Shown: piece after piece, positions 21,122-31,064 of the stretch
Layout: every line of letters begins with the position of its first letter
Numbering within the stretch: position 1 is the first letter of the stretch
NCBI GenBank assembly: GCA_963758915.1
Contig: CAVWXH010000005.1
Coordinates: 32,001-96,000, forward strand
Length of the DNA: 64,000 bases
Source: an uncultured Methanomicrobiales archaeon
GTDB taxonomy: Archaea > Halobacteriota > Methanomicrobia > Methanomicrobiales > Methanospirillaceae
Reading direction: 5' to 3'
The notes under the pieces: model-generated
Seen by the model: the letters and a program-made list of their open reading frames with translations, nothing else
Databases searched by the model: none
What the model was told of the DNA's origin: nothing
Made by a program: the position numbers and the translations under genes

Positions 21122-21662
21122 ATGACAACGAAAGGATCAGACTCTCAACCGGGCAACGAGCTGCCTGAACATAAGCGGACAAGCCTGGGACTCTACGTTA
21201 CCTCAAAAGAGGCATACGAGATGTGGAGGACCGAAGCCCGGGGAGGTCCACGTCGTCGATGTCCGTACCCCGGAAGAATACATATTTGTCGGCCACCCGG
21301 AGATGGCAAGGAACATTCCCCTCCTCTTTGTAAAACACCAGTGGGACACAGACAGGAAAGAGCCAGTAGTGGAACCCAATCCCGATTTCATCCGCCAGGT
21401 GAAAGGCTTGTATGCTCCCACCGATACGCTCCTTGTCATGTGCCGGTCAGGGGGCCGTAGTGCCATTGCGGTCAACCAACTGGCAAAAGCCGGGTTTTTG
21501 AACGTTTACAACATCACGGATGGTATGGAAGGGGACAAGGTGGACGACCCGGGCAGCGTATATTATGGGAAGCGGATGCGGAATGGCTGGAAAAATTCCG
21601 GGTTGCCCTGGACGTATGATATCAACCCCGGGATGTTATGGCCTGCCAGCGTTAATAGATAA
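21122..21662 (+). CDS. Rhodanese-like sulfurtransferase, frameshifted near 21235
   Basis: T.LGLYVTSKEAY.../VVDVRTPEEY.FVGHP...MCRSGGRS...GMEG...NGWK..GLPW. Confidence 0.85.
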
Positions 21663-22238
21663 CATCGCCAGGACCCCGGTGAAGAACGGATTTCCGACAA
21701 TGCCATTGTATGCCGATGACAAGGCGGCCATGTCAAATCCCAGTTGTTTTGCAGCTGATCCCCGGGCGATGCGGAATTTGTCCCGGATCCATGAAGAGAT
21801 CTGGGGGACCAGGATGTTGAGCGTCCCCTCAGGTCCGACACTCGCACCGGAGATGAGTGTGATGATGGAAGAGAGGAAAGCGCCAGGAAAGACACGGTAG
21901 TTGGTTACCAGTTTTTGTTCCTTCATGTTTTCCACGAAACCGCCATTGATCACGGTTGGTGCATGCAGGTATTTCTGGCAAAGCCCGACCAGGAGCGAGA
22001 AAAAGAGCACTCCCACGGGTATCGTCCACCGGTTGGCCAGGACAAATTCATTCTCGACCCAGATTGCCTTGGTAAGAAACGCGTACAGGGCCATGAACCC
22101 CGCGGTAAAGGCAATGGCAATGAGCGCAATGATGATGATTGCCAGAAAGAACGTGCCTGTCCACTGGAATGGCTGATCATCATCAATCCGTGGCTCCGGT
22201 GGTACCGGGTTACCTGGTGTGTCTTCCTGAACTGGCAT
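21636..22238 (-). pseudogene. Truncated ClC chloride channel/transporter (N-terminal third)
   Basis: SGASVGPEG gating motif; the ORF ends just after helix H (AYNGIVGNPF) and runs into the rhodanese 3' end. Confidence 0.75.
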
Positions 22239-22622
22239 ATTTGTTCTACTCTTCTTTTCTTCTTCCCTGATTTATAAGAACCGATTCATATATTTGGTCG
22301 ATTCCTGGTTACTATTCCCATCATATTGTTGGGGCCACGGGTCCCTGCCATGATGTTTCAGGGTTACATTTCAACAGCCACCAATGGAATCCTGATTGTA
22401 TGTCTGATATTCGCCATCTGGCGATAATTAATGCAATCGTATCTGTTCTAAGTAGTTGTGTCCAAAGGTCAGATTGAGAAAAAACCCTGGAGATTCACGG
22501 ATCTGTTCTGAAATAAAACCTTGTCCAGAAAAAAAGAAAATCACCAGGAGACGATTAAAAAAATATGAACAGATAAATACTAAAAAATCAATTAAACCAG
22601 ATTGCATAAGGAGGAATAAAAA

Positions 22623-23204
22623 TTGGTAGAATACGGCCCGATACAGATGATTGCGATTGGATTTCCAGACATTGAGAAACTTGATGGTGCACTTCTCAAA
22701 GAGATTTTCCAGCTGAGTGAAGCAAGGCTGATACGAGTACTGGGGCTTCTCGCGGTTGTAAAGGATGAAAAAGGAAAAATTGCATCAGTCCAGATTACGG
22801 AACTTTCGGATGAAGACAGGGTAAAACTGGGTGCCGCAGTCGGAGCACTAATCGGTTTTGGTGCTGCCGGCGGGGAAGGTGCAATCGCCGGTGCACAAGC
22901 CGGAGCGGAACGGGCTGCCCATAAGGATTTTGGACTTACCAGGAACCAGATTAATGATATTGCAAAGAATATACCCAATAACACAGCCGCCGGTCTCCTG
23001 CTCATCGAGCACCTGTGGGCGAAGAAATTCAAGGAAATAGCCATGAAAAAGCACGGGGTCGTCCTTGCCAACAGCTTCATATCGCCCCTGGAACTCGTTG
23101 AACTCGGTGCAGAACTTGCAGACGGAGCCAGAGCCGCTGAAAAAGCACTCGATCAGTTACGAATTACAAGGCGGCCCATGTGGTTAAAAAGATTCTCAAC
23201 ATAG
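22623..23204 (+). CDS. DUF1269/DUF6325-like protein with glycine zipper (copy 2)
   Basis: Highly similar to 14163..14693; TTG start after GAGG; C-terminus may be frameshifted. Confidence 0.8.
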   Translation: MVEYGPIQMIAIGFPDIEKLDGALLKEIFQLSEARLIRVLGLLAVVKDEKGKIASVQITELSDEDRVKLGAAVGALIGFGAAGGEGAIAGAQAGAERAAHKDFGLTRNQINDIAKNIPNNTAAGLLLIEHLWAKKFKEIAMKKHGVVLANSFISPLELVELGAELADGARAAEKALDQLRITRRPMWLKRFST

Positions 23205-23370
23205 TTCAACTCATCATACCTTTTTAACACCCGTTTTTTGGAAATTTTAGATTGATTGATTACAGGTTGTTACGTAAGATTTTCCTTGGTTTTTTCTATC
23301 GGTATCTTTTAAATGAATCTACCAATATGTACTGTTGTTACCCATTGAATGGGTTCAGGAGACGACATCT

Positions 23371-24093
23371 ATGATGGAAGCACCGATGAAGATTACAATG
23401 GATTATGCCCAGGCATCTGAAACCCTAAAAACCTCCCTGAAGTTGAAGGGATCCCCCGTTGCAGTGGGTTTTGCAACAACCGCGGATGAGATCCCACCCG
23501 GGATGCCTGAAATCGATAAAGCAATCAAGCACTGCATGATGGTCGGCCTTGCCAGGAACGAAGGGAAAATCTTCTATGCCACTGCAGAGAAGCACGAGTG
23601 CAATGGCGGTGCCTGGGCGTTGGGACTCAAAGACCTCTCCCCGACCCTGAAAACCGGCAAATTTTATTTTAAACTGGGAAAATATGCGAGTACACCAGCC
23701 TGTAAAAGGACGATGAACAGCATACCACACCTTGGCACGGGAGATATTTATGCAACCATGTATGCTCCGCTCGAAAAGACACCGTTCACCCCGCATGTCA
23801 TCCTTGTTATTACCACCCCATGGTCAATGCTGAAACTTGCACAATCTTCATTATTCAAGCTGGGCGGCCGGGCACATGCCGAGTTCTCAGGGATCCAGTC
23901 TGTCTGTTCGGACTCAGTTGCAAAAGTCTACCTCAGCGGAAAGCCGAACTTCTCCCTCGGTTGCGATGGTTCCAGGAAATTTTCCGGTATTAACGATGAT
24001 GAAATGGTAATGGGCTTCCCTGCTGAAATGCTGCCAGAGATGGTGGACGCTGTGAAAATTATCACCCAGGCGCCAGGGTCAAAGAAGATTTAA
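23371..24093 (+). CDS. DUF169 family protein
   Basis: LKLKGSPVAV, HCMMV..AR, C..GAWALG, QSVCSD, SLGCDGSR. Confidence 0.85.
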   Translation: MMEAPMKITMDYAQASETLKTSLKLKGSPVAVGFATTADEIPPGMPEIDKAIKHCMMVGLARNEGKIFYATAEKHECNGGAWALGLKDLSPTLKTGKFYFKLGKYASTPACKRTMNSIPHLGTGDIYATMYAPLEKTPFTPHVILVITTPWSMLKLAQSSLFKLGGRAHAEFSGIQSVCSDSVAKVYLSGKPNFSLGCDGSRKFSGINDDEMVMGFPAEMLPEMVDAVKIITQAPGSKKI

Positions 24094-24356
24094 TCCACAT
24101 AGTTTTTATTTTACCCGGTACCCATTCATCCAGGCTACTTCAGAAAGAGCAATTTCTCCCGTTTTTTTGAAAACAACACCTTTAAAGCGGGTATTGATGG
24201 TCATAGCGTCATCAGATCATAGTGCTTGGAAAAAATATTAAAATCAATAAGAACGACAATCATGAGTTCACACTAATACAGCCGGATTTTGAAGGAATCT
24301 ATCGAACAGTAACAAAAAAGAATATCCCGGAATAACCCCGGGTGTAATTCAGATAA

Positions 24357-24464
24357 TTATTTTTTCTCTTCCTTTTTTGCTTCTTCCTTCGCTTCTTTCT
24401 TGTCTTCTTTCCGTCCTTTCACTGCTTTAACCGCTGCTACTTTTCCAAGAAGTCCCATGTTCAT
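24357..24464 (-). CDS. 35-aa K/E-rich peptide (MNMGLLGKVAAVKAVKGRKEDKKEAKEEAKKEEKK)
   Basis: Translated by hand; AGGAGAG RBS; coding-like composition. Confidence 0.6.
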   Translation of the reverse strand: MNMGLLGKVAAVKAVKGRKEDKKEAKEEAKKEEKK

Positions 24465-25034
24465 CTCTCCTGCCACAACTGGAACTCTTTTGATCAGTTA
24501 TCTTTCCGTTGGGCTAAAGGTAAACTGTTCTTTATACGGTTTAAACCTTTGGGTGTTACAACGCTAAATTAGTGTTAATCCTGCGAAAATCAATACGCAA
24601 ATCGAAGTTGTCCAGGGAAACGATTCAGAGGTCCGGGGGGTGGAGACCGTATGGTGCTATGGATCCGGAATGGCACATGTGGGAAATAAAGGCAATTTTC
24701 AGGTATTTTAGTCCTAAATCCCTCTTAAACAGGCCTGTTGAATATTGACTCAAAAGGGACATAATTCGGGCTTTTTATAGGTGTAAGGGGGGGTGAAATT
24801 CCTTGAGGATGATGAATCCCTTCTTGGGTAGTTACATCAGGGGGTTATTGCCCGCTAATTCGGTCATACTTCAGGTATTTGCTCCAACAACCCTGCGGAA
24901 TTCAGGGCTGGAATTTGTTGAGCCGGATCAAACGTTACTGGCATCGGACCGTGCCTGAATTAATATAAGTGGCTGGATCACTATACCCTATACCACAGGT
25001 ACGTCTGTACGGCGTAGTTCCCGGGTGTGTCGGT

Positions 25035-25604
25035 ATGAAAGAGATAAAAATCGCAAAAACTCTGACAAATGGAAAGATCGCGATTGATATGTGGTTTAAA
25101 ACGCTTGACCAGCTGTTTGATGCATCAGATCCGTTTCCGTTTCCGGAAAAGGAATTAACAGACCTTGCAGAAGACTCGATATTTGAGTCGGTCATCGATC
25201 TGTACCTCCGGAAGGATTTCGATCTGGTATTACACATCCCGAGTGGCAGTGTTTCACCTGCAGATGAAGACCAGCTTGCGAATGCCGTGAGACGCCATTT
25301 TTCTTTCCGCCTGGACGACCTTGCACGCGAAAAAAAATCTTCATGGAGAGAGGGGCAGGTAAGTGTCCTTCTCGCCATAATGAACGCATTTATTGGCGTC
25401 TTTGTGTTCTATTATCTCTATTATGTCAATTCCGCTACATCGTTTATCTCAAGTCTCGTTGTCGGGGTCTTTGTGATCATCAACTGGGTGACAATCTGGG
25501 ACACGTATGAGTATTTTGTCTATGACTGGCGAAAACTCTGGAGAAAATACCGGGTATATGAAAAACTGACCCGGGTGAACGTGATCATACGACAGACATA
25601 CTAG
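25035..25604 (+). CDS. Hypothetical 2-TM protein, family copy 1
   Basis: LDQLFD.SDPFPFPEKEL, AVRRHF, W..IW..YEYFVYD; paralog of 27530 fixes the start at 25035. Confidence 0.8.
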   Translation: MKEIKIAKTLTNGKIAIDMWFKTLDQLFDASDPFPFPEKELTDLAEDSIFESVIDLYLRKDFDLVLHIPSGSVSPADEDQLANAVRRHFSFRLDDLAREKKSSWREGQVSVLLAIMNAFIGVFVFYYLYYVNSATSFISSLVVGVFVIINWVTIWDTYEYFVYDWRKLWRKYRVYEKLTRVNVIIRQTY

Positions 25605-25911
25605 TGTCTCACCATTAGCCTATAAAGGAGCCCAACCACCTGGTTTCCAGGGGTTCCATTGGTGTGGGTGTGGCAGTGATACCGGTGGGCAGCAATGAAA
25701 AGGCCCGCCGTACCTCACCTTACCATCTGATGGTGACCCTGAAACGGGGCTTATCAACCCAAAACCCGTTATCATTCCGGATGGCCCAACCGAAAAAATA
25801 ACAGCGGGCAATTAAAAAAATTCACCTGGGTGAAGAGGTCGGCGATGAACGGGGACCTGATAATCAGAAATCTTAATCAGGATGGCAGATGAAGATACTG
25901 CTGGTATTACT

Positions 25912-26469
25912 ATGTCTGAAAACATGACCCCGTCGCTCAATGTGACACCGGGAACACACCTGTTCCCCTGGTGGCTTGTCCTTATCCAGGGTATTATTAC
26001 CCTTATCCTTGGGATATTCCTGCTTTACTACCCGTATGGGACTCTCCTGGTGCTGGTCACCTTCCTCGGTGCCTACTGGTTCGTCAGTGGCCTGTTTGGT
26101 CTCATAAGCCTGTTCGTCGATCGAACGAATGCTGGTTGGAAAATTCTGTTTGGTATCCTCGGTATTATTGCCGGTATCGCTATCCTGACCTACCCGTTGT
26201 ACAGTACGTTCGTCGTCCCCTATATTTTCATTATCTTCGTTGGTATTTGGGGACTCATTATGGGATTCATGGGCATCTTTGCAGCCTTTAAGGGTGGCGG
26301 ATGGGGTGCCGGTATTATCGGTATCCTCCTGATTATCTTCGGTTGCATAATCCTTGCCAACCCGGTTGTAACCGTCCTGATGCTGCCGTATATCCTCGGG
26401 GGTTTCGGGATTATCGGTGGAATAGCTGCCATTATCGGCGCTTTCATGCTCAAGGGCCAGACCGCATAA
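25912..26469 (+). CDS. HdeD/DUF308 family membrane protein (copy 2)
   Basis: Near-identical to 2360..2926. Confidence 0.8.
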   Translation: MSENMTPSLNVTPGTHLFPWWLVLIQGIITLILGIFLLYYPYGTLLVLVTFLGAYWFVSGLFGLISLFVDRTNAGWKILFGILGIIAGIAILTYPLYSTFVVPYIFIIFVGIWGLIMGFMGIFAAFKGGGWGAGIIGILLIIFGCIILANPVVTVLMLPYILGGFGIIGGIAAIIGAFMLKGQTA

Positions 26470-26733
26470 ATTGCCCGGAAACCCGGGCCTGTTTAATCTT
26501 TTTTATTTAAGTGTTTGAAAACCGTCCTATAACCCGGTCAAATTTCTTAATCCTGCCAACAGGAGATCCTCACGAATAGTGAAGAACCGGCTTGCCGGCA
26601 GAGAGAAAAAAGATCTATGGTAATCTGTTTTGAATTCTTTCCCTGGTTGATAAGGGATCTAACTATGAATAAACGTCTGATAATTTTTGGGAAATGAAAA
26701 ACAGGTCCCTCCTGCAGGATAAAAAAATTCCCC

Positions 26734-27309
26734 TTATTCTCCTGAACTTCTCTCCATCAGCCCCACGATAACACTGAGGACTCCGAGGAAAACCAGGTAT
26801 ATCCCGAATACCTGCAGGAGAAGAACGGCAGAAGAAAGTGGCGGATAGAACAGGATAAGTAATCCGAAAATTGTGGATATTATCCCTTTCAATGCAAGAA
26901 GGCCCTTTCGCGTTTCAGCGTAGGTAATGGACAGGATCATGTTCTGGAAACCCATTACAATTGCCCAGATGGCAATTACATACACGACGATTGTGGCGGA
27001 CTCCTGTGGAAAGATGATAATGATACAACCAAGTACGAGTAACAAAATTCCAATGATCATTAACGGCCACTGGAGATAGGAATCCTCCTCAGAAACGCTG
27101 TATCCGGATATGATAAGGCCGATAGAGGTGACTATCACCACGAATGAAACAAGGAGGAGCAGGAAGGGACCTGCAATGGATGGGAACAGCAGGGCAAAAA
27201 ACCCGACAATTACTGCGAATAACCCGGTAAGAATACTGGTCTTCCAGTTCAGGCTTCCGAGTCCAGGGATCATGTAATCCACCTTGAATGAACTGCCATA
27301 GTAAACCAC
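26734..27309 (-). CDS. HdeD/DUF308 family membrane protein (divergent)
   Basis: W...LTGLFAVIVG..ALLFP, IAIWAIVMG, GIISTIFGLLILFYP; start may be 27273. Confidence 0.75.
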   Translation of the reverse strand: MVYYGSSFKVDYMIPGLGSLNWKTSILTGLFAVIVGFFALLFPSIAGPFLLLLVSFVVIVTSIGLIISGYSVSEEDSYLQWPLMIIGILLLVLGCIIIIFPQESATIVVYVIAIWAIVMGFQNMILSITYAETRKGLLALKGIISTIFGLLILFYPPLSSAVLLLQVFGIYLVFLGVLSVIVGLMERSSGE

Positions 27310-27529
27310 CAGTTAATCAGGGAGATATGAATACCTGTACCAGCCCTGATTTGTCCTTAATTGATCACGTCAATATTTAATACTCGTTATATCAGGAATA
27401 CCTGACGGAACGGTGGGAGCCTTGACAAACTTGTCCGGGACTTTTGTGTACTTCAATTGATATAGGTAACGAAATTATCATAGTATACGCAATAATTATG
27501 TCCGTACGTTATTACTCACAGGTGTTGGA

Positions 27530-28096
27530 ATGAAAGAGATCAAAATTACCCAGACCACGACCGATGGCAGGGGAGCTGTTGAGATGTGGTTTAAATCGCT
27601 GGACCAGCTCTTCGATACATCCGATCCCTTTCCGTTCCCGGAAAAGGAGTTGACGGATATGGCCGAGGATGCAATATTCGAGTCGTTCATCGATTTATCT
27701 CTCCGGAAAGATGTTGATTTGGTAGTACATATACCAAAAGGGAGTGTGTCTCCAGGTGAAGAAGACCAGCTGGCTAATGCCGTGAGACGCCATTTCTCGT
27801 TCCGCCTGGATGACCTTGCCCGGGAAAAAAAATCATCCTGGAGAGAGGGAAAGGTAAGCGTCCAAATCGCCATCCTCACCCTGGCATTAAGCATTGTTGT
27901 GTTTTATTTCTATTATCTCTCTCCGGTGGTCGGTTTTGCCTTCCAACTGCTGATTGGAGTCTTCATTATTGTCAACTGGGTAGCAATCTGGCATACCTAC
28001 GAGTATTTTGTGTATGATTACCGGAAACTGTGGAGAAAATTCCGGGTATATGACAACCTGACCCGGGTGAACGTGGTCATCCGGCAGACGATATAA
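27530..28096 (+). CDS. Hypothetical 2-TM protein, family copy 2
   Basis: Paralog of 25035..25604. Confidence 0.8.
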   Translation: MKEIKITQTTTDGRGAVEMWFKSLDQLFDTSDPFPFPEKELTDMAEDAIFESFIDLSLRKDVDLVVHIPKGSVSPGEEDQLANAVRRHFSFRLDDLAREKKSSWREGKVSVQIAILTLALSIVVFYFYYLSPVVGFAFQLLIGVFIIVNWVAIWHTYEYFVYDYRKLWRKFRVYDNLTRVNVVIRQTI

Positions 28097-28230
28097 GAAG
28101 GTAGGCGGAATCCCTGCCTTAATTACTGTTTTCCCTTCTGCCAGCCCCAGCTTTCGGGCCCAATCAGGAACATACGTGGGTACCGGTTCACGGCACCAGC
28201 GAATCCCTAAAAAAAGCACCTGCCCGGGGG

Positions 28231-31047
28231 TTATACCTGGGCGGGCACTGCGACGGGAGGAGTTGCCGGATTGTGCTTGCGACGGCTGCGCAGGAAGACC
28301 TTCATGATCTCGTAGACCAGGAGCAGGGCGATTGCTAACCCGATGCAGAGCAGCCACTGGCTTCCGTTCAGCGAGGTCAGGCCAAGTCCTGCCTGCAGGA
28401 AATTCAACTGGGTCGGCAGGAAGATGAGCAGCAGGGCCAGGCCGTTGAGCATCAGCTGGTGCCGATCGTCTAAGATATTCCGGTTGAATGCTGTCAGGGT
28501 TTCACTGTGGCAGCTGATACCACTCATAACAACGAAGAGTGAGAACATGACGAACGCCATGGTAGCGGCCACCGCGGCTCCCACCGGCGCAGCGACTGCT
28601 TCCACGACCAGGGTACCAGCCGCCATGAGTATCCCGATAAAGCCGATGCGGACCCATTGCGAACCCGAGAGAACGGGCTGGCTGATCGGGCGTGGCTTGC
28701 GGTCCATCAGCCCGGGTGCAGGCTTGTCGAAACCAAGGGAGACGGCGACCGGTACCTGGACCAGGAAGTTGATCCACAGGACGACGAATGGTGCAAACGG
28801 CACACCGCCGGCGATGTAGAAGAATGCTGCACCCAGGTATGCCACGATGTATGCCACCAGGTTTGTCATCTGGAAGCGAATGAAATTGGACAGGTTTTCG
28901 TAGATCCCCCTGCCAAACTCCACTGCTTTGACAATGGTGGCGAAGTTGTCGTCTGTCAGGATCATCACGGCGGCCCCTTTCGAGACCTCGGTCCCCGTGA
29001 TCCCCATTGCAACGCCAATGTCCGCCTTCTTGAGGGCCGGCGCATCGTTGACGCCGTCCCCGGTCATGGCGACGATGTTCTGCTGGCGCTGCAGGAGGTC
29101 CACCAGGCGGATCTTGTCCTCGGGGGCCACACGTGCCACCACACCGATTTCCGGCAGCTCTTTCATCAGCTGGTCATCACTCATGGCTTTGAACTCTGCG
29201 CCGGTGAGCGCCTTACCCCCGATACCCAGCTCATGCCCGATGGCTGCGGCCGTCACCGCATGGTCACCGGTGATCATCCGTACCTGGATGCCGGCGCTGT
29301 GGCACCTGGCGATAGCGTCCCGTGCCTCGGGACGTGGCGGGTCGACGATACCTACCATGGCCAGAAGCGTGAGGTCGGTCACCTGGTCGACCAGCTTAGC
29401 CGTCGGATCGAAGGTCTGCGGGTCGAAATCGCGACGTGCGACTACCATCACCCGTTCACCTGCCTGCGCCATGCGGTCGTTTTCCTCGTATGCAAGGGGA
29501 AGTTTCTCTTCAGTAGCCGGCATGACCTCCCCGCCTGGCATCCAGTACCAGTTGCTGCGGGCGATCAGTACATCCGGGGCACCTTTAACAAAGCAGCGGA
29601 CAACCGGCCTGCCCTGCTCATTGGTCATGTTGTGAAACGTCGCCATGAACTTGTAGTCAGAATCGAACGGCACCTCGGCCAGACGGGGGTACATTTCTCG
29701 TGCCCCATCCACGCTGATCCCGCCTTTCTCTGCCAGAACAATTAACGCACCCTCGGTAGGATCGCCGATTAAGGTACCGTTGTCGAGCCGGGCGTCGGCG
29801 CACAATGCCATGGGAAGGAGGATCGGATCGAGGTCAACCCTTGCTCCACCGGAGCTCAGCAGCTTGCCTTCAGTACTATAGGTCAGCGTATTCTTCTGCC
29901 AGGGTTGTAATCCTGCTATACCTCCGGCCAGGGCCATGGCCCCCTGTGTGCCGTAGCCTTCCCCGGTTACCCGGAAACGGTTCTGGCCGGGGATGGTAAA
30001 CTCGCGGGCTGTCATCTTGTTGAGGGTCAGGGTACCGGTCTTATCGGAGCAGATTGCCGATACCGAGCCCAGTGTCTCGACCGATGGCAGCCGTTTGACG
30101 ATGGCGCCAAGGCTTGCCAGTGCCCGCGTCCCCATGGAGTACATCGTGGTCACGACAGCAGGCAGGCCGGTGGGTATAGCCGCAATAGCGAGGGCAATGC
30201 CTGCGAGGAATATCGTCTCGAAGGAATCCCCGTGGCCCAGGCCCAGGATAACCATCAGGACAAATGCCAGACCGGCCATGCCGGCGATGATGATGATCAA
30301 CTTGTCCAGCTGTTTCTGCAATGGCGTCTTGTCGGATTTTGTCTTGTTGAGCAGGTCGGCGATGTGGCCCATCTCGGTGCCCATCCCGGTGGTGGTCACG
30401 ATCATCTCGCCGCGGCCGCGGGTCACTGCGGTGTTCATGAAGGCCATGCAAAGGCGGTCGCCGAGCGGGACATCAGGACTGGTAATTGCCCCGGTGTCCT
30501 TGGGAGAGGCAACGCTCTCGCCGGTCAGGGCCGCCTCCTCGATCTCGAGGGTCGCCGTAACGAACAGGCGCCCATCGGCCGGCACGCGGTTGCCTGCCTC
30601 CATCAGCACGATGTCGCCCGGGACCAGCCCCTCCGCTTCGATCTCAACCGCTACGCCGTCGCGGCGTACACGGGTGATGTTCTTCATCATCTTCTCGAGT
30701 GCGGCAAGGCTGGCCTCGGCCTTAGCCTCTCCGTGCAGCCCCAGTATTGCGTTGAAAACTGTCAGGCCCAGCAGCACCACGGTCGTGCCCGCTTCGCGGG
30801 TGACCACCAGGCTGATCAGGGCCACACCTACTAAGAGGATCTGCATGAAGTCCTTGTACTGGCGCAGGAAAGCCTGCCAGCCCTTCTCCTTCTTCTTGGC
30901 GGCCAGGACGTTGGGGCCGTACTGTTGCAGGCGCTGCCCGGCCTCGGCCGTGTCGAGCCCTTTTGCCGGATCAACCTTCAGTTGCTCTGCAACTGCCTCC
31001 GGTGTCATCGAATACCATTTCAGTTGTTCCTGTACCGTGTCTGCCAT
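28231..31047 (-). CDS. Type II-like P-type cation ATPase with non-canonical TM4 (PTGLP)
   Basis: LTGES, DKTGTLT, KGAPD, MITGD, TGDGVNDAPAL; high GC. Confidence 0.92.
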   Translation of the reverse strand: MADTVQEQLKWYSMTPEAVAEQLKVDPAKGLDTAEAGQRLQQYGPNVLAAKKKEKGWQAFLRQYKDFMQILLVGVALISLVVTREAGTTVVLLGLTVFNAILGLHGEAKAEASLAALEKMMKNITRVRRDGVAVEIEAEGLVPGDIVLMEAGNRVPADGRLFVTATLEIEEAALTGESVASPKDTGAITSPDVPLGDRLCMAFMNTAVTRGRGEMIVTTTGMGTEMGHIADLLNKTKSDKTPLQKQLDKLIIIIAGMAGLAFVLMVILGLGHGDSFETIFLAGIALAIAAIPTGLPAVVTTMYSMGTRALASLGAIVKRLPSVETLGSVSAICSDKTGTLTLNKMTAREFTIPGQNRFRVTGEGYGTQGAMALAGGIAGLQPWQKNTLTYSTEGKLLSSGGARVDLDPILLPMALCADARLDNGTLIGDPTEGALIVLAEKGGISVDGAREMYPRLAEVPFDSDYKFMATFHNMTNEQGRPVVRCFVKGAPDVLIARSNWYWMPGGEVMPATEEKLPLAYEENDRMAQAGERVMVVARRDFDPQTFDPTAKLVDQVTDLTLLAMVGIVDPPRPEARDAIARCHSAGIQVRMITGDHAVTAAAIGHELGIGGKALTGAEFKAMSDDQLMKELPEIGVVARVAPEDKIRLVDLLQRQQNIVAMTGDGVNDAPALKKADIGVAMGITGTEVSKGAAVMILTDDNFATIVKAVEFGRGIYENLSNFIRFQMTNLVAYIVAYLGAAFFYIAGGVPFAPFVVLWINFLVQVPVAVSLGFDKPAPGLMDRKPRPISQPVLSGSQWVRIGFIGILMAAGTLVVEAVAAPVGAAVAATMAFVMFSLFVVMSGISCHSETLTAFNRNILDDRHQLMLNGLALLLIFLPTQLNFLQAGLGLTSLNGSQWLLCIGLAIALLLVYEIMKVFLRSRRKHNPATPPVAVPAQV

Positions 31048-31064
31048 CTTGTGGGCCTCCTTTT

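Noticed and set aside
24731-24894. Possible degenerate MITE (AGGCCTGTTGAA ... TCCAACAACCCT, internal GGGGGTGAAA)
   Set aside because: Only 9/12 TIR match, no TSD and no extended similarity to the other copies
25620-25811. Several short hairpins between the 2-TM gene and HdeD copy 2
   Set aside because: Stems of 5-7 bp without an enclosing helix are compatible with chance
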